NCBI GenBank assembly: GCA_951406725.2
Contig: OX597826.1
Location: forward strand, 62,124,001-62,188,000
Direction: 5' to 3'
Length of the DNA: 64,000 bases
Source of the DNA: Octopus vulgaris
Taxonomy: Eukaryota
Position numbers and translations under genes: made by a program
Shown here: one piece after another, positions 13,285-26,931 of the stretch
Layout: every line of letters begins with the position of its first letter
Numbering within the stretch: the stretch's first letter is position 1
The notes under the pieces: generated by a model
Told to the model about the DNA's origin: nothing
Seen by the model: the letters and a program-made list of their open reading frames with translations, nothing else
The model's database searches: none

Positions 13285-14617
13285 ATACAATATCTGTACA
13301 CCACTGCGGTTAGGAATGTTGAAGAAAAATCAGAACATAGACATATAGCGAAGTTATATCAACTTCAGAAAAGTGAAAAACCAAACAAAAGACACAAGAC
13401 AACACAAAATCACAAATATAAACCCATTCGTATTTGTAAAGCTTAAGATGTAATATATTTGCTTTGTGATAGAGAAAACGGTTTAGATATTTAAAATAAG
13501 CAGCCCAAGACTATGTCAGATCACATCCAGAAGCAAGAATATAAATAACAAAATTCCCAAATGCAAACCAGTGTTATTCGACAGGCTTCTAATGTATCAT
13601 CTTATTATATAGCTTCATTATCCTTTTCGGCCCCACCATCACGTAGTCCCACATCATCTTATGTCAGAAACAACGAATGATTCAGCATACCACTTCACCT
13701 ACACCTACACCTTTTCTAAATTCCATCATTACGATAATATCCCCCCCACATACACACACACGCACGCACATACTTCATCGTTCTATCCATTGAACTACTA
13801 TCAGTCGATCGTCACCATTAACAGCCCACATCACTCATTAACATCATAATATCATTCAGAGCGAGCGCATTTATCTCTCGTTAAATCTATGCTCAGCGTT
13901 GACTTAATGCCAGCCGAGTTTTCCATTGAATCATTTCTGTAATCACTTAAAAGTTGCATTGTTATAACGTTCTCTATTCTATTTTGTGCTAATGATATCA
14001 ATTAGGTCATTTATTTACTGGCTCTGGTGAGATAATTCCTAGCTTGGCACAGACACGACTGCGAACTCCCACGTATATGTATGCAGGTATATATAAGCAT
14101 GTATGTACGTAGATATAAGTATATATGTACGTATATATAAGAATGTATGTATGAGTGTGTACGTTTGTTTGTGTGTGCGTGCAATTATGTTTGTATCATT
14201 TTTTTACAGGGACGAAGCTGGTTTCTAATGAAGAAAAACAAACACTTTTGCTACAATCTCGATAAGCAAAACAGTAAGTGCTATGCGTTGAGCTTAATGA
14301 TATATGCTGTATATCTTTACTGTTTGGCTTAGAGATTGTATTTGTAAAATCCTTGTACCTATCTTAATCTAATGCTGAGATGTTTCAGCGAGTCACTTAG
14401 ATATTTAGTAACATGTTAAAGTGGTCTTTTGCCACTCTTGTATCTATCTTTTGACAGATATTGTCATATTCCGAAGTCATCGATAGGATGTGTGTGTTCG
14501 TGTGTGTATGTATATATATATGTATATATATATGTATATATACATATATGTACATATATGCATATATATGCATATGTGTCTGTATATACATATACATATA
14601 TATGTATATGTATATAT

Positions 14618-14665
<48 letters not shown>

Positions 14666-15179
14666 ACATACATATATACATATATGTACGTGTATACCTT
14701 CGTATATATGTGTGCGCACCAGCTTGCGTGCGTGTGTGAATCGTGTAGTGATTAGGGTATTGCATTCATGGTCACTAGGTCGAGGATTGCTCCAGGTCAC
14801 TCAGCTATAAATAAGTAACCCTGCGATGGGCTGGCATTCCCATCAGAGGGAATGTTGGCCTACTTGCGTTGCCAAGTATTGGCATATCTCTAATCTAAAC
14901 GGACAGCGATGTAGATCAACTTTCGATAATCGGGTCGATAATTAGTCCAACAACTTTAAGCTCACACGATAAGTCATCAAGATGTAAGTGCTTGCTGAGA
15001 AGTTCATTAGCAATCCACAGGAGTACTGGAGTTTGTTTCCTTCACCATCTATCTATGTAATGGACGCAGGTTCGTGTGTGATATAGCTAGCTAAAGGCGG
15101 TGGCTTCTTGGAGCTAATCAGCGACAGCTTTAGTCTAATATTTAGACTGCCATATTAGTATGGCGATAACTATTAATAT

Positions 15180-15285
<106 letters not shown>

Positions 15286-15852
15286 TTGGTGTATATGTAT
15301 ATGAATACTACTGCACATACTGTACGTGTTCTGTTTATTCGCTGGTTCATTGCGGTTGCTCTTAAGAGACGACTCACTCATAATGCTGGATGATGAAACA
15401 CCTGAAAGTCATAGACAGCCGAGACAACTTGCCGTCGATCGAATTTAGGAGAGGTAGATACCGATATATTGGCATTTTTGTTGTTTATCAACGTCACGTA
15501 ACCTGAATCGAATCGGTGTTGAATCACATCGCCAGTCTTCGACTAAATATAATTAGTGTGAGATTTATTTGCTTGTATGTCATTTCGATACATACGCAAG
15601 ATTAAATTCAGAATTCGAAATATTGGTTTGTTTGGATGTATTTATGTGTGCATGTATGTATGTATTTATGTGTGCATGTATGTAAGTATGTATGTATGTA
15701 TGTATGTATGTATGTATGTATGTATGTATGTATGCATATGAGGAGAGAAAAAGCGAGAGGGAGAGAAAGTGAACTATTTTGATAGATATACAGAAAGCAA
15801 ATGTGGAGAGACACATACAGGTATGCGGAGAAGAAAGGAATGAAGGAAGGGA

Positions 15853-15853
15853 A

Positions 15854-15887
<34 letters not shown>

Positions 15888-16110
15888 AGAAGAAGAAGGA
15901 GGAGGAGGAGGAGGAGGAGGATGAGGAGACGGAAGAGAAGTGGAAGAAAACGAAGAAGAAGAAGAAGAAAAAGAAGAAGAAGAAGAAGAAGAAGAAGAAG
16001 ATGAAGAAGGAGAGGGAGATGAAAGAGAAGTGGAAGAAGACGAAGAAGAAGAAGGAGAAGAAGAAGAAGAAGAAGAAGAAGAAGAAGAAGAAGAAGAAGA
16101 AGAAGAAGAA
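15853..16110. repeat. (GAA)/(GGA) microsatellite
   Basis: Direct reading. Confidence 0.95.
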
Positions 16111-17295
16111 ACTATTACTGAAGGGTAAAATGTACGACATGTAAACATTCTTTTAAATTATATTAAATTGAGAGAATATGAACTAACGACTGTAAAATTA
16201 TAGATTTACATACAAAATGATATAACCAGATTGTGTAGTCTGTGAGATTCTATTGAACTATTGGGGTAAAGGAAGTGGGGAAATATTGGCAATGTGACAA
16301 TAATGACGAACTCTAAATCTTGAGGAAAAGATAATTTTCATAAAGACTGGAAGAAACTGATTGATAAATACACGCACAGGAAGTACGTTTTGTCAGAAGA
16401 GACCAACGAAATATGGGAGACATTTGGAAATAGTCCAGTCACTAATTTATTGTAAAACATTGTTTGTTATAGTGATCGCTTGCATCCTACTTTAGTAAAT
16501 GGAGATAAAATGGTAATGTTTCGCTCGTTCTGTCTGCCTGTCTTCCTGTTTGTCTGTCTGTCTCTCGCAAATACACAGGCACGCATGCACCCACACACAC
16601 AGATACACACACGCACAAACACAGACGCACACACGCACGCACAGACCGATAAATTATGTGATATTTATGGCCATTACAAATAATGTCACCATAGAAGACA
16701 AAGCAACATAATAAGAAAGCTTCTGTTATGTCGCGTGAGCTGCTAAATGTAGCAATCGTATTTCCCTCAAATTACACGATGTTATATAAAAAGAGCGAGG
16801 GAGGGAGAGAAAGAGGGAAATTAAGAGTGATATTATGTATGCTTGTACAGGAATTTATGTAGTACATTATATATATATATGCGCGTGTGCGTATGTGTAA
16901 TTATCTTATACAGCCTATCTCAACTGCGTATAGCGGATTTTGTTATTTTATTCAGCCCGGCGGAGTATCCGCGCACTCAGTGAATGTTTCCGTCATTTTC
17001 TCCTAAATCTGAAATAATAACTCCATAGGAACTGTTATCTGGCCTATCGACAACGTGTATACATTAACTGTACATTACATAGCTCACTATTTTATTTAAT
17101 AATGCCTCAATTGCGTAGAGTGCATATCTGATGTTTGTATGTAAGTTTATGTAGCTACACGCGCGCACACGTACTCACACATATATAAACATATAACATA
17201 TTTGTATACATACACGTGTGTGTGTAGCCATGTGTGCGTATGTATGTGTGTGTGCATGTACGATACATACATACCTACATACATTCAAACATACA

Positions 17296-17485
17296 TACGA
17301 TTGGGTACTGAAAATTTCCTGGCTTTGGGTAAAAGAAAATACAGGAGAATCAGTTATTATTTTATTCAACATATTCCCCTTTGAGATTCACACGCTTATT
17401 GCAGCGGTCCTACAATTTTCTAAGCCCTGTAAGAGAACTCGGAAGTTTGGGCCTCCAACTAAGCCTTTTGCGATTCCCTGAAAGC
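17296..17485 (-). mobile_element. Mariner-like terminal fragment/MITE
   Basis: TACGATTGGGTACTGAAAATTTCCTGG resembles a mariner TIR and is followed by typical subterminal sequence. Confidence 0.45.
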
Positions 17486-18553
17486 ACCCCATTCTACATA
17501 CATATGTCTATCTGTATGTGTATGTACGTCTGAGTTTATCACTACTCCAGCACTGTTTGGAAGGTAATCAAGGCCTTGTTGATTTGCTTATAACTTCATA
17601 AGTTAGAGTTTCGACAGGAGTCACCTATAGAATAATTTGCCGAATTAAAAATAGATCATATGTACTGGAATCGATTTGTTCCTCTTCAGCATGGTGCCCC
17701 AGGAAGGCCGATGTCCAATCAATGAAGCACGTACATGATAAAAGATGACAGACAGTCGCAACGATTTACGTAAAGATTAGTAGCATTTTACTATTATTCA
17801 CATTTTTATCTCTTATCACACAACAATCAATGCTGTCTGTATACCATATTTGACATATGTCCGGCTGTTGCGTCGAGCTTCACATACTCCTAGAAAGATA
17901 TTATGACGATGTGATTACCTTTAGGTAAACATTTTATCGACATATATCTCTTTCGCCAGAAGGTAAAGACAGTTTACATTAACATTCTCTCAATACAAAC
18001 TCATTCGTGCGGAGAGCGTTCACAATTATCATTAAAAGTACACCTACCATTCTGGTTATAGTTTTCTGTATTCTTTTCCTAAGAACAAGTCTCTTAAAGC
18101 AACACTACAACATTTCGTTCACAAACATGAACTACATATCACCTTCTCACTGTGAATCAGTATTTTGATAAGGCATTTCTTTTAGCATTTAACATTTAAC
18201 ATGTGTGTGTGTGTGTCTGTGTGTGTGTATGCTGATTCGAAGACTGCAGATTGAAGCCATTACTAGAACTGTAAAACTTTCCAGAAGTTTATCATTTAAG
18301 TATGTATGCGCATGCTCACATGTGCAAATGTATACATTAGAATAGGTACATAGAAGAAAATATACAGATCTGCATCTATATATACATACAAAAATACCCT
18401 GTTGATGTTGCTGAAATTCCAATGAAGGATCCTTGGATCTAGGTTAGATACCGGCTCTTTCTCTAACGGCAAGATATCTTGAAATAAAATTGAATAATGA
18501 CATACATACATACATACATATATACATATATACATATATACATATATACTAAA

Positions 18554-19710
18554 TATTGAGTCATCCCATAAATAATGCGGTTTTTTCAATTGTATTAACT
18601 AAAAGTCGGAGGGGCACGGTATAAACTACTTGCATCAAATTGCTATAAAAGCTGGTAGTAATTTCATCTTGCACATATTTTTGGTGCAAGTTTTGAAGAG
18701 TGTGGTTCAGCGTTAACTGTTATTTTTTTAAAAGCTATAATAGAAGTGAGAAATGAACATATTCGGCATATTTTGCTTTATGAGTTCAATAGTGCCAACA
18801 ACGCAACGGAAAGTGCGAGGAGTATTAATGCAATATACGGGGATCGGACAATAAGCGTAAGTCAATGTGAACGGTGGTTCCAGAAATTCCGAGCCGGAAG
18901 CTACAGCCTAAAAGACGAGCCTCGTCCTGGGAGAACTGTAGAGCTTGACGAGGACGACCTGGAAACCTTGTTGGAACAAAATGCCATCGTAACTGCTGAA
19001 GAACTAGCAGAGTAACTTGGATTTGGTCATTCAACCATCCATCGACATCTGCGTGGTATAGGAAAAGTGAGAAAATTGGGTCAAAATGGTGGCTCACAAG
19101 GTTTCCGAGTCTAATCGCACGCAAAAAGTGAATGTGTGCATTTCTTTGCTGTAACGACTCACGAATGAACCTTTATTAGACAGAATAGTGACTGGTGACG
19201 TGAAATGGGTTCTCTATAAAAATGTCAAGCGCCAAAGACAGTGGGTAGGAAAAGGAGAAACACCGGCACCCCAAGCTAAAGAAGGCGTTTACCCACGTAA
19301 GGTGTGGTTATCTGTTTGGTTGGATATGAAAGATTTAATCCACTTTGAATTTTTCAACCCAAACCAATCGATAATGCTCGGCCACATACAGCGATGATGA
19401 CATTCCAAAGGCTGGATCAGTTTGAATGGGAAACGATGCACCACCCACCATATTCTCCGGACATTGGCGCATCTGATTATCATTTATTCTGCAGTCATTA
19501 ATATCATTTGGACGGAAAAAAATAAGAATTCTGTAGACGCGGTCATAACAGTATTGGGGGAATACTTTTCGTCAGGAACAAGTGAATTTTGGAAGAGGAG
19601 GCCTCGGAAGGCCTATTGTAGAAAAGGAAGCAGAATACATTTTAGATTAAAAAAGAACTTTGTCTTAATTTTCAAAAATGAAAAAAGTATTTAAAAATGA
19701 AACGCAAATA
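18554..19710 (+). mobile_element. Mariner transposon, decayed
   Basis: ORF fragments RHILLYEF..., WFQKFRAG..LKDEPRPGR, TGDVKWVLY and HPPYSPD. The 5' TIR TATTGAGTCATCCCATAAATAATGCG is present; the 3' TIR is truncated. Confidence 0.9.
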
Positions 19711-19948
19711 TAAAGGCGCTGGCGTGGGTGTGTGGTAAGAAGCTTACTTCCCAACCACATGGTTCTGTCTTTCTTGGGCACGTGCCTTCTACTATAGCCT
19801 CGTGCTGAACAAATATTTGTTAGGGGATTTGGTAGACGGAAATTGAAAGAATCCTGTGGTATATATATATGTGTGTGTGTGTGTATCCATGCATATATAT
19901 ATATATATATATATATATACATTCGTATATACACACAAACATGCACAC

Positions 19949-19997
<49 letters not shown>

Positions 19998-22520
19998 TAT
20001 TACATATAATTACCGATATCGTAAACAGAAAAATATGGGGAATAGGCTGGATAAGGGACGTCAGTTTCCTTGTGCATTACCAAAAAGTCGCATATAATGA
20101 TTAGCATGCAAGTAGGGACGCCAGTTTAAGTACCATCAAAATTTATCTGTATTTTAGTGATCTCTTTTTTCGCTGCTTCTCCCACGCACTTCAGAGCATC
20201 AAAATAAAACTGTTTATTGAGCGCTTAACCAGATGGAAGAAGCATATAATGATCGAGAATCTTCCAGTCTAAAAAGTCTATAACCCATTCTTTCCATTCG
20301 AGGGACTGTGATGAAGTTTTAGTTTCTGCGTCGTCAGTCAACTAACCCATTGCTACAAATACTGTCTTCTATAGGTATCTTCACCCCCACCCCGTGGCAA
20401 TGTCATCTTCTTTGGTAGATGGCTCTGAATCCTTTCTCAGTTTAATCTTGTCTCAGCAGAGGCGGCACAAATAACATATTAATACAATGCAGCTTCAATT
20501 ATTTTAAAGAATTATGAAGCATAGACATTGAAAGATGCCTACATGATCTATGGAAACGTGCAGGAGTAAGTCAGTGTGTTGTTCTTTGTTTTTGTTTATT
20601 ACTTCTTGACGTATTTTCTGATAATAAGGCAATATTTTGGCCATGAGAGACTCCGTTTTACTATACGAACAGTACGAGGTTTTGCACAGAACGGAATACA
20701 TATGTCGGCATTGGCATGCGGTATAATAGAATAGAAACCAGATTTAGAACATTCAGATCTGAGACGACAATATTACTCAGGAAAATGTATAATGCCCTCA
20801 TTATTCTCTTTCGTATAACTATTGCAGCACTGAAAAATAATTTTAAAAAATTTAAAATGTAGATTAACTAAAAGACAGTTTGTAAATCTTTCATTTTCAA
20901 CTTACGACAAAACGCCAAGTGCACTAATAATGCATTCTCTCTGCGTATGTAAAGTGATGGCCAACCGAAGTTGTGCGATGTAGCTATTATTACATTGTAT
21001 TTCAATAGCACTATGTGTACAAATGATTCGTGGATGGCTGAGGTGATGTAATATATTGGTACTTCTTTAAACAATATTTCTCTATAGTACTCTTTTCAAC
21101 ATCTCATATTCAATACATATTAGTTGTAGAGATGACGAATAATTTCTTATTAGATTTTGCATAGCAGTCTAAAATGACATATTTGACAGAGATATAGCCC
21201 TTTGCGCACAGCGAGTTATTTTTCTTTATGTCATCATTTATATATACATATATTCGCACAACCCACGCGTTTATATATATATACGGATATATCAACATGT
21301 ATACTTCTACTCAGACATATACACTACGTCCCACAATATTAGGCAAATCAACCTTTTCTCAATAAATAAATGTATATTCGTTCAAAACGAGTTGTTTTCC
21401 CACTGACTGTTGGCAACACCTATCTGAGCACTTTCTGTTAAAATAAATCGGATCTGCTCAGACGCCAACAAATGGCACCCATTTTTGTGAGTGGGCGACA
21501 TTTTCTCCGTCACAAATATCACAAATTATACATACATACATACATAAAAAAGCGCTCAGTAAATATTCACTTATGCATATGCTATCTTAAAGATAGCGTG
21601 TTCGCAGTAAAACTGTAGCTCTGTGTACGCGTCGGAGTGATTAACTGTGCATGAATGTATGTCTGAGGGAAGATGTGTACATGTATCTGTGTGTGTTTGT
21701 ATGTGCCTGTGTGTATGTGTGTATGTATGTATGTTTGTATGTATGTATGTATGTATACACAAACACATATATATATATGTGTATAGACTTGAATAAATTC
21801 ACTTCAGTGTAGATCCAATATCTTAGCTACACACGTACGCAAACACTCACCCACATTCATACACCTAAACACACACACACACATTACACACTGACAGGCA
21901 TAGATGTTACTACTTACAACTAAATATTTGATACACGCATGCGCACAACAACGTAACAATTCTGAATACATGTCTGCAGACACAACATTGTACCTATTGT
22001 AATTGTTTACCAATATTCAATATTTCGCTTCGCATACATTCATATAAATATATATATACATACGCAGACATACGCATACCGACAGATATGCACAATAACA
22101 TAAACACACACAGCATCACATATACAAAATCGTACAAATATACACACACCTATACACACATAAATTAATACCCAGAGAACTAAAAATATACACATGTGTA
22201 TACAATAAGTGGTTTCTATGATTTCACTGCTGTATATATGTGTTAAATTTATTTTTGCATTCTTTAGGTATTCCTCTATAGCTGCCACTGCAAACGTACA
22301 TATCTACACACACACTCACACACACACACACAAATCACATATCTACATACACACATATATACATCCGTGCATATGCATAATTATATATTTCTTTAGACAC
22401 ATATGTACATACGAATATGTATTTTTATGTATAAATGTATATGAATATGTGCACATATAGCTACATATATGTGTATAAATATATACATATATACATGCAT
22501 ATCTATATATACACACATAA

Positions 22521-22577
<57 letters not shown>

Positions 22578-23158
22578 TATGTATATATATATGTATATAT
22601 ATACATATATATATATATATGTGCATATATATATATATGTATAAATATACATATATACATACATACTTACATATATACATACATATCATTTATATATATA
22701 TATACACACACATACAACCATACATACACACATATGTGGCCAGACACACGTAACTACGCACTGCTAAATATTTGACACACGCATGCGCACATCGATGCAC
22801 CAAATCTGTGTACATGTCTACAGACACACGCATTGTATCTATAGTAATTGTTTCCCAATATTCAATATCTCTGCACATATGCACACATAGTCACACGCAA
22901 CGTGCCCGCGCCTATAAACACACGCGCTGTATAATTGCAAACGCGCACGTATGCATACACACACAGCGTTAAATATACGTATACACGCAAATGCACACAC
23001 ATTCACATGCACACACACGTGCATGCTCACGCACAGACACACACATACAAACACACGTCCACAGATCTATCTCAATCGCCAAAAACTAAAATTTCCTAAT
23101 TGTAAATTTGGGGGAAAGAAAAACATTGATTACAAGTAAATAATAAACGTAGTAGTAT

Positions 23159-23199
<41 letters not shown>

Positions 23200-23299
23200 A
23201 TCTTAACAATAGTAATAATAATCATAATACCATGACGACAACCACCACCACCACTACCACCACGAACAGAATCAATGTCGATAACAACAACAACAATGA

Positions 23300-23652
23300 G
23301 AAGAAGAAGAAGAAGAAGAAGAAGAAGAAGAAGAAGGTAGAAGAAGAAGAAGAAGAAAGAAGAAGAAGAAGAAGAAGAAGAAGAGGAAAGAGGAGGAGGA
23401 GAAGAAGAAGAAGAAGAAGAAGAAGAAGAAGAAGAAGCAGAAGAAGAGGAAGTAGAAAAAGAGGAATTAGAAGAAGAAGAAGAAGAAGAAGAAGAGGAAG
23501 AGGAAGTAGAAAAAGAGGAATTAGAAGAAGAAGAAGAAGAAGAAGCAGAAGAAGAAGCAGAAGAAGAGGAAGTAGAAAAAGAGGAATTAGAAGAAGAAGA
23601 AGAAGAAGAAGAAGAAGAAGAAGAAGAAGAAGAAGAAGAAGAAGAAGAAGAA
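23300..23652. repeat. (GAA)n with a higher-order ~60-bp unit (GAGGAAGTAGAAAAAGAGGAATTA x3)
   Basis: Direct reading. Confidence 0.9.
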
Positions 23653-24023
23653 AACCCACAGTAGTAACAATAACAAGAAGAACAATGGCAATAATAAAAA
23701 TTAATGTATATGGAGTACAGAATATTGTAGAAGATTTTAGAAAAATAAAAGAGGTTAAATAAAGGTGGAAAAATGTAGAAGTTATTTATTTATCAAATGT
23801 ATTTGTTTTCTGTGCAAGTTGTGTATGTAAGATTTCTATTTGTCTATATATTCCTGATTTCTGAAGTTTTACAATTATCATTTTGTTTTTTGTTTTTTTT
23901 TTGTTCAGCATTTTATGACAGAACAAAGATGAATGTCATGATGATAATGACGATAAGGAGGGGGAGGAGTGGGAGGGGACGAATAAAGAGGAGGAAGGAC
24001 AGGATGATGGTGATGATGATGAA

Positions 24024-24084
<61 letters not shown>

Positions 24085-24291
24085 TTGATGAAAATGGTGA
24101 ACATGATGGTAGAAAGGAGGAGGAAAAGGGAGGGAGGGAGCAAATGATAATAATAATAACATCGAAAAATACGTTAAGAACGAGGTCCCAGGTTCGAAAT
24201 TTCCCCAACACACCTGATGATATTGACAATGATGATGGTGATGAATGATGATGATGATGATGATGATGACGATGATGATGATGATGATGAA

Positions 24292-24324
<33 letters not shown>

Positions 24325-25012
24325 AATGGTGAACATGATGGTAGAAAGGAGGAGAGAAAAAGGGGGGGGTGAATGGTTGCGGTCTAGGCTATGATGCTGA
24401 CGATGACGATGTTGATAAAGATGATTAGGAGGATGGGATTGATGACGACGACGACAAACGATGATGATGTTCCTTAGTTCCAATCGGCCCTGATTTCTTT
24501 ATGATCAAACTTCTTTCCTCAAACCATCCACCCATCCACCCATCCAGTCATCCTCCCAAGCATTTTCCTCAGATATTGCCAATGCATGACTACGTTATAA
24601 AATACAGACTTCCTTTAGAAGGCGATAGAGCATCGTTCTTAGAACATTTGGCTGCTGTTTTTAGTAGGTAGTGCTACCACCATCTAACGTCATCGTCGCC
24701 ATCATTCTCCCAAGATTTGTCTTAGTGAGAATCAGTCATTTTATTGTAGCTTAATAACAAGTTAACGGCAATTGAAACGACCTATAATCAATATTCCTCC
24801 AAACATGACCTTTACGCCTTACTCTCGGTAATTGCCTATCTAAATGTTCTTTAATGTGTCCAGCTCTTTTTGAAGCAAGAGAGGAAAATTTGACTGCTAT
24901 TTCTAAATCAATCATCGACTTGGCTGCGTCGGTAAGTTAAATTTCGTAGCGAATTTCTTCTTCTTCTTCTTCTTCTTCTTCTTCTTCTTCTTCTTCTTCT
25001 TCTTCTTCTTCT

Positions 25013-25044
<32 letters not shown>

Positions 25045-25267
25045 CACTCTCTCCTATCATTCTCGATCCTCTACTTGCTTTTCTTTTACAACATAAACAT
25101 TCACGTCTTCTGCTTTGCCCTTCTTTTCTCTTCCTATCATCACCACCACAACCCCCCCCCACCACCACATACCCCACAAACAAAATTTCTACTACCAGTA
25201 ACCCAGCAACACCACAAATACAAACACACGTACAGAAAATATCAAGACCTTCAAATTATCGTTAATG

Positions 25268-25333
<66 letters not shown>

Positions 25334-25754
25334 ATATAAAAGTACACATGTTTTTTCTCGAGCCTCGTAGCTCATTAGGCCGGTTACCCGTTCCCATGGT
25401 GTATATGTGGCCTAGACCACAACATTTGCCAAGAAAGGGAATGCTGAGCTGCCTCAGAGTTCAAGCCCATCATTTTTTTTTTTATGGTGGTTGGTTATGA
25501 ATCCAGTACGTGACTGTTATTCTATTTTATCATCCCGAGAGGAGGTAAGTTAAATATGACATCAGCGAGATTTGAACTCAGAACATAAAGTGGTGGCAGA
25601 AATTCCATTAAGCATTTATCTAACGCGCTAACGGTTCTGCCATCTTGATGCCTTATGTACGCATGCGTGTACGTATCTCTTTACATGTATATATACATAT
25701 ACATATATATGTATACATACAAACATATACACACACACATATATATATATATTT

Positions 25755-25801
<47 letters not shown>

Positions 25802-25900
25802 ATATTTCGGAATGGTCATATAACAATATCTGTTTCAACACACGACTTCACATAAAAAATCTTGCACAACAAATATTTAAACGTACTATATATATATATA

Positions 25901-26286
25901 TATATTAGTAAAAAGAATTCCAACCTTGTCTGATTTTCACGTTTTATTTACAATCTTATAATGATATATTATAAGATAATATATTATAATTGAATAAAAT
26001 AAAATGAAATAGTAGAATGTTAAATATTCATTCTGATTGAACTAGTACTTGCTACATCTTGCTACAGTCAAAAATTGTGAAGCATGACTGTCAACACTAC
26101 TACATGAACCCGAAGATTGCAGAATTCAATGCATGAAAGTACTAGTTCAATCAGAATGAATATTTAACATTCTACTATTTCATTTTATTTTATTCAATTA
26201 TAATATATTATCTTATAATATATCATTATAAGATTGTAAATAAAACGTGAAAATCAGACAAGGTTGGAATTCTTTTTATTAATATA
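25901..26286. repeat. Long near-perfect inverted repeat (150-bp arms, 86-bp spacer)
   Basis: 25901-26050 is the reverse complement of 26137-26286, with one mismatch seen. A TA run abuts the left end and another lies about 25 bp beyond the right end. Confidence 0.95.
26105..26149 (+). ncRNA. Minimal type I hammerhead ribozyme motif (U4C variant)
   Basis: TGAAC-CCGAAGA-T-TGCA-gaattcaa-TGCA-T-GAAA-G-TA-CTA-GTTCA. Helix I is 5 bp, helix III is the palindrome AGTACT, triplet CUA. Confidence 0.65.
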
Positions 26287-26311
26287 TTCTTCTATACACA
26301 ATCACACCCAC

Positions 26312-26391
<80 letters not shown>

Positions 26392-26475
26392 AAATATATA
26401 TATAAGGCGCGCATATATGTGTGTGTACATATACATGCACACAGTCACAGGTATGTATTATTCAGTTCTACTTAC

Positions 26476-26646
26476 CAGTGAAAATTTCTCCATGTCTTCG
26501 TAGATGGTAGCAACGGTATCCCACCTGAAGTGTTTGATAAACAACATCCTTGCGACATTGTAAGATGAGTCAGCTTGGGCTACACTAACCAAAGTCTTGT
26601 ACACTTCCCTCTTGCTAAGAGCTGGCGATACAGAAGCATAGGACAA
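26476..26646 (-). CDS. Internal coding exon (57 aa) of a GABA-B receptor-like class C GPCR, extracellular Venus-flytrap domain; closest by eye to insect GABA-B-R3
   Basis: Translation LSYASVSPALSKREVYKTLVSVAQADSSYNVARMLFIKHFRWDTVATIYEDMEKFSL aligns without gaps to the GABA-B segment as I recall it (GABBR1 [49 protein letters not shown]; fly R3 DSSHNPARIAFIRKFGWGTV). Acceptor is a T-rich tract plus TTTCAG (CAG at 26647-26649). Donor is GTAAGT starting at 26475. Length is 171 nt, phase 0/0. Confidence 0.9.
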
Positions 26647-26931
26647 CTGAAACGATACAAACAAATAAAAACAAATTTTCAGAATCATCGTCATTCAATA
26701 ATATTTAGATATATATTCAAGTATACATAGAAAACGAGCTTCTTTCAATTTCTTTCCACCAAACCCACTCAAAATGATAATCCAAGCTGCCAAGCACTGG
26801 GACCGAACCCGGAAAATATGGTTGGGAAGCAAGTTTTTTAGCACACAGTCTGCGCCTAGGATTGCTCTCTGATCAAAGTCTTTCTAGCCATGCCCATCAC
26901 GTCTTTCTTTTATATGATCTCTTTGTAGTCC

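Noticed and set aside
13400-13620. Possible Penelope GIY-YIG remnant (ICKA*DVIYLLC)
   Set aside because: Too degenerate to support without a profile search.
22200-22290. Possible next GABA-B exon (VAAIEEYLKNAKINLTH) after a TTTGCAG acceptor on the minus strand
   Set aside because: Splice phase is incompatible with the phase-0 donor at 26475 (the in-phase reading hits TAG), and there is no clear donor.
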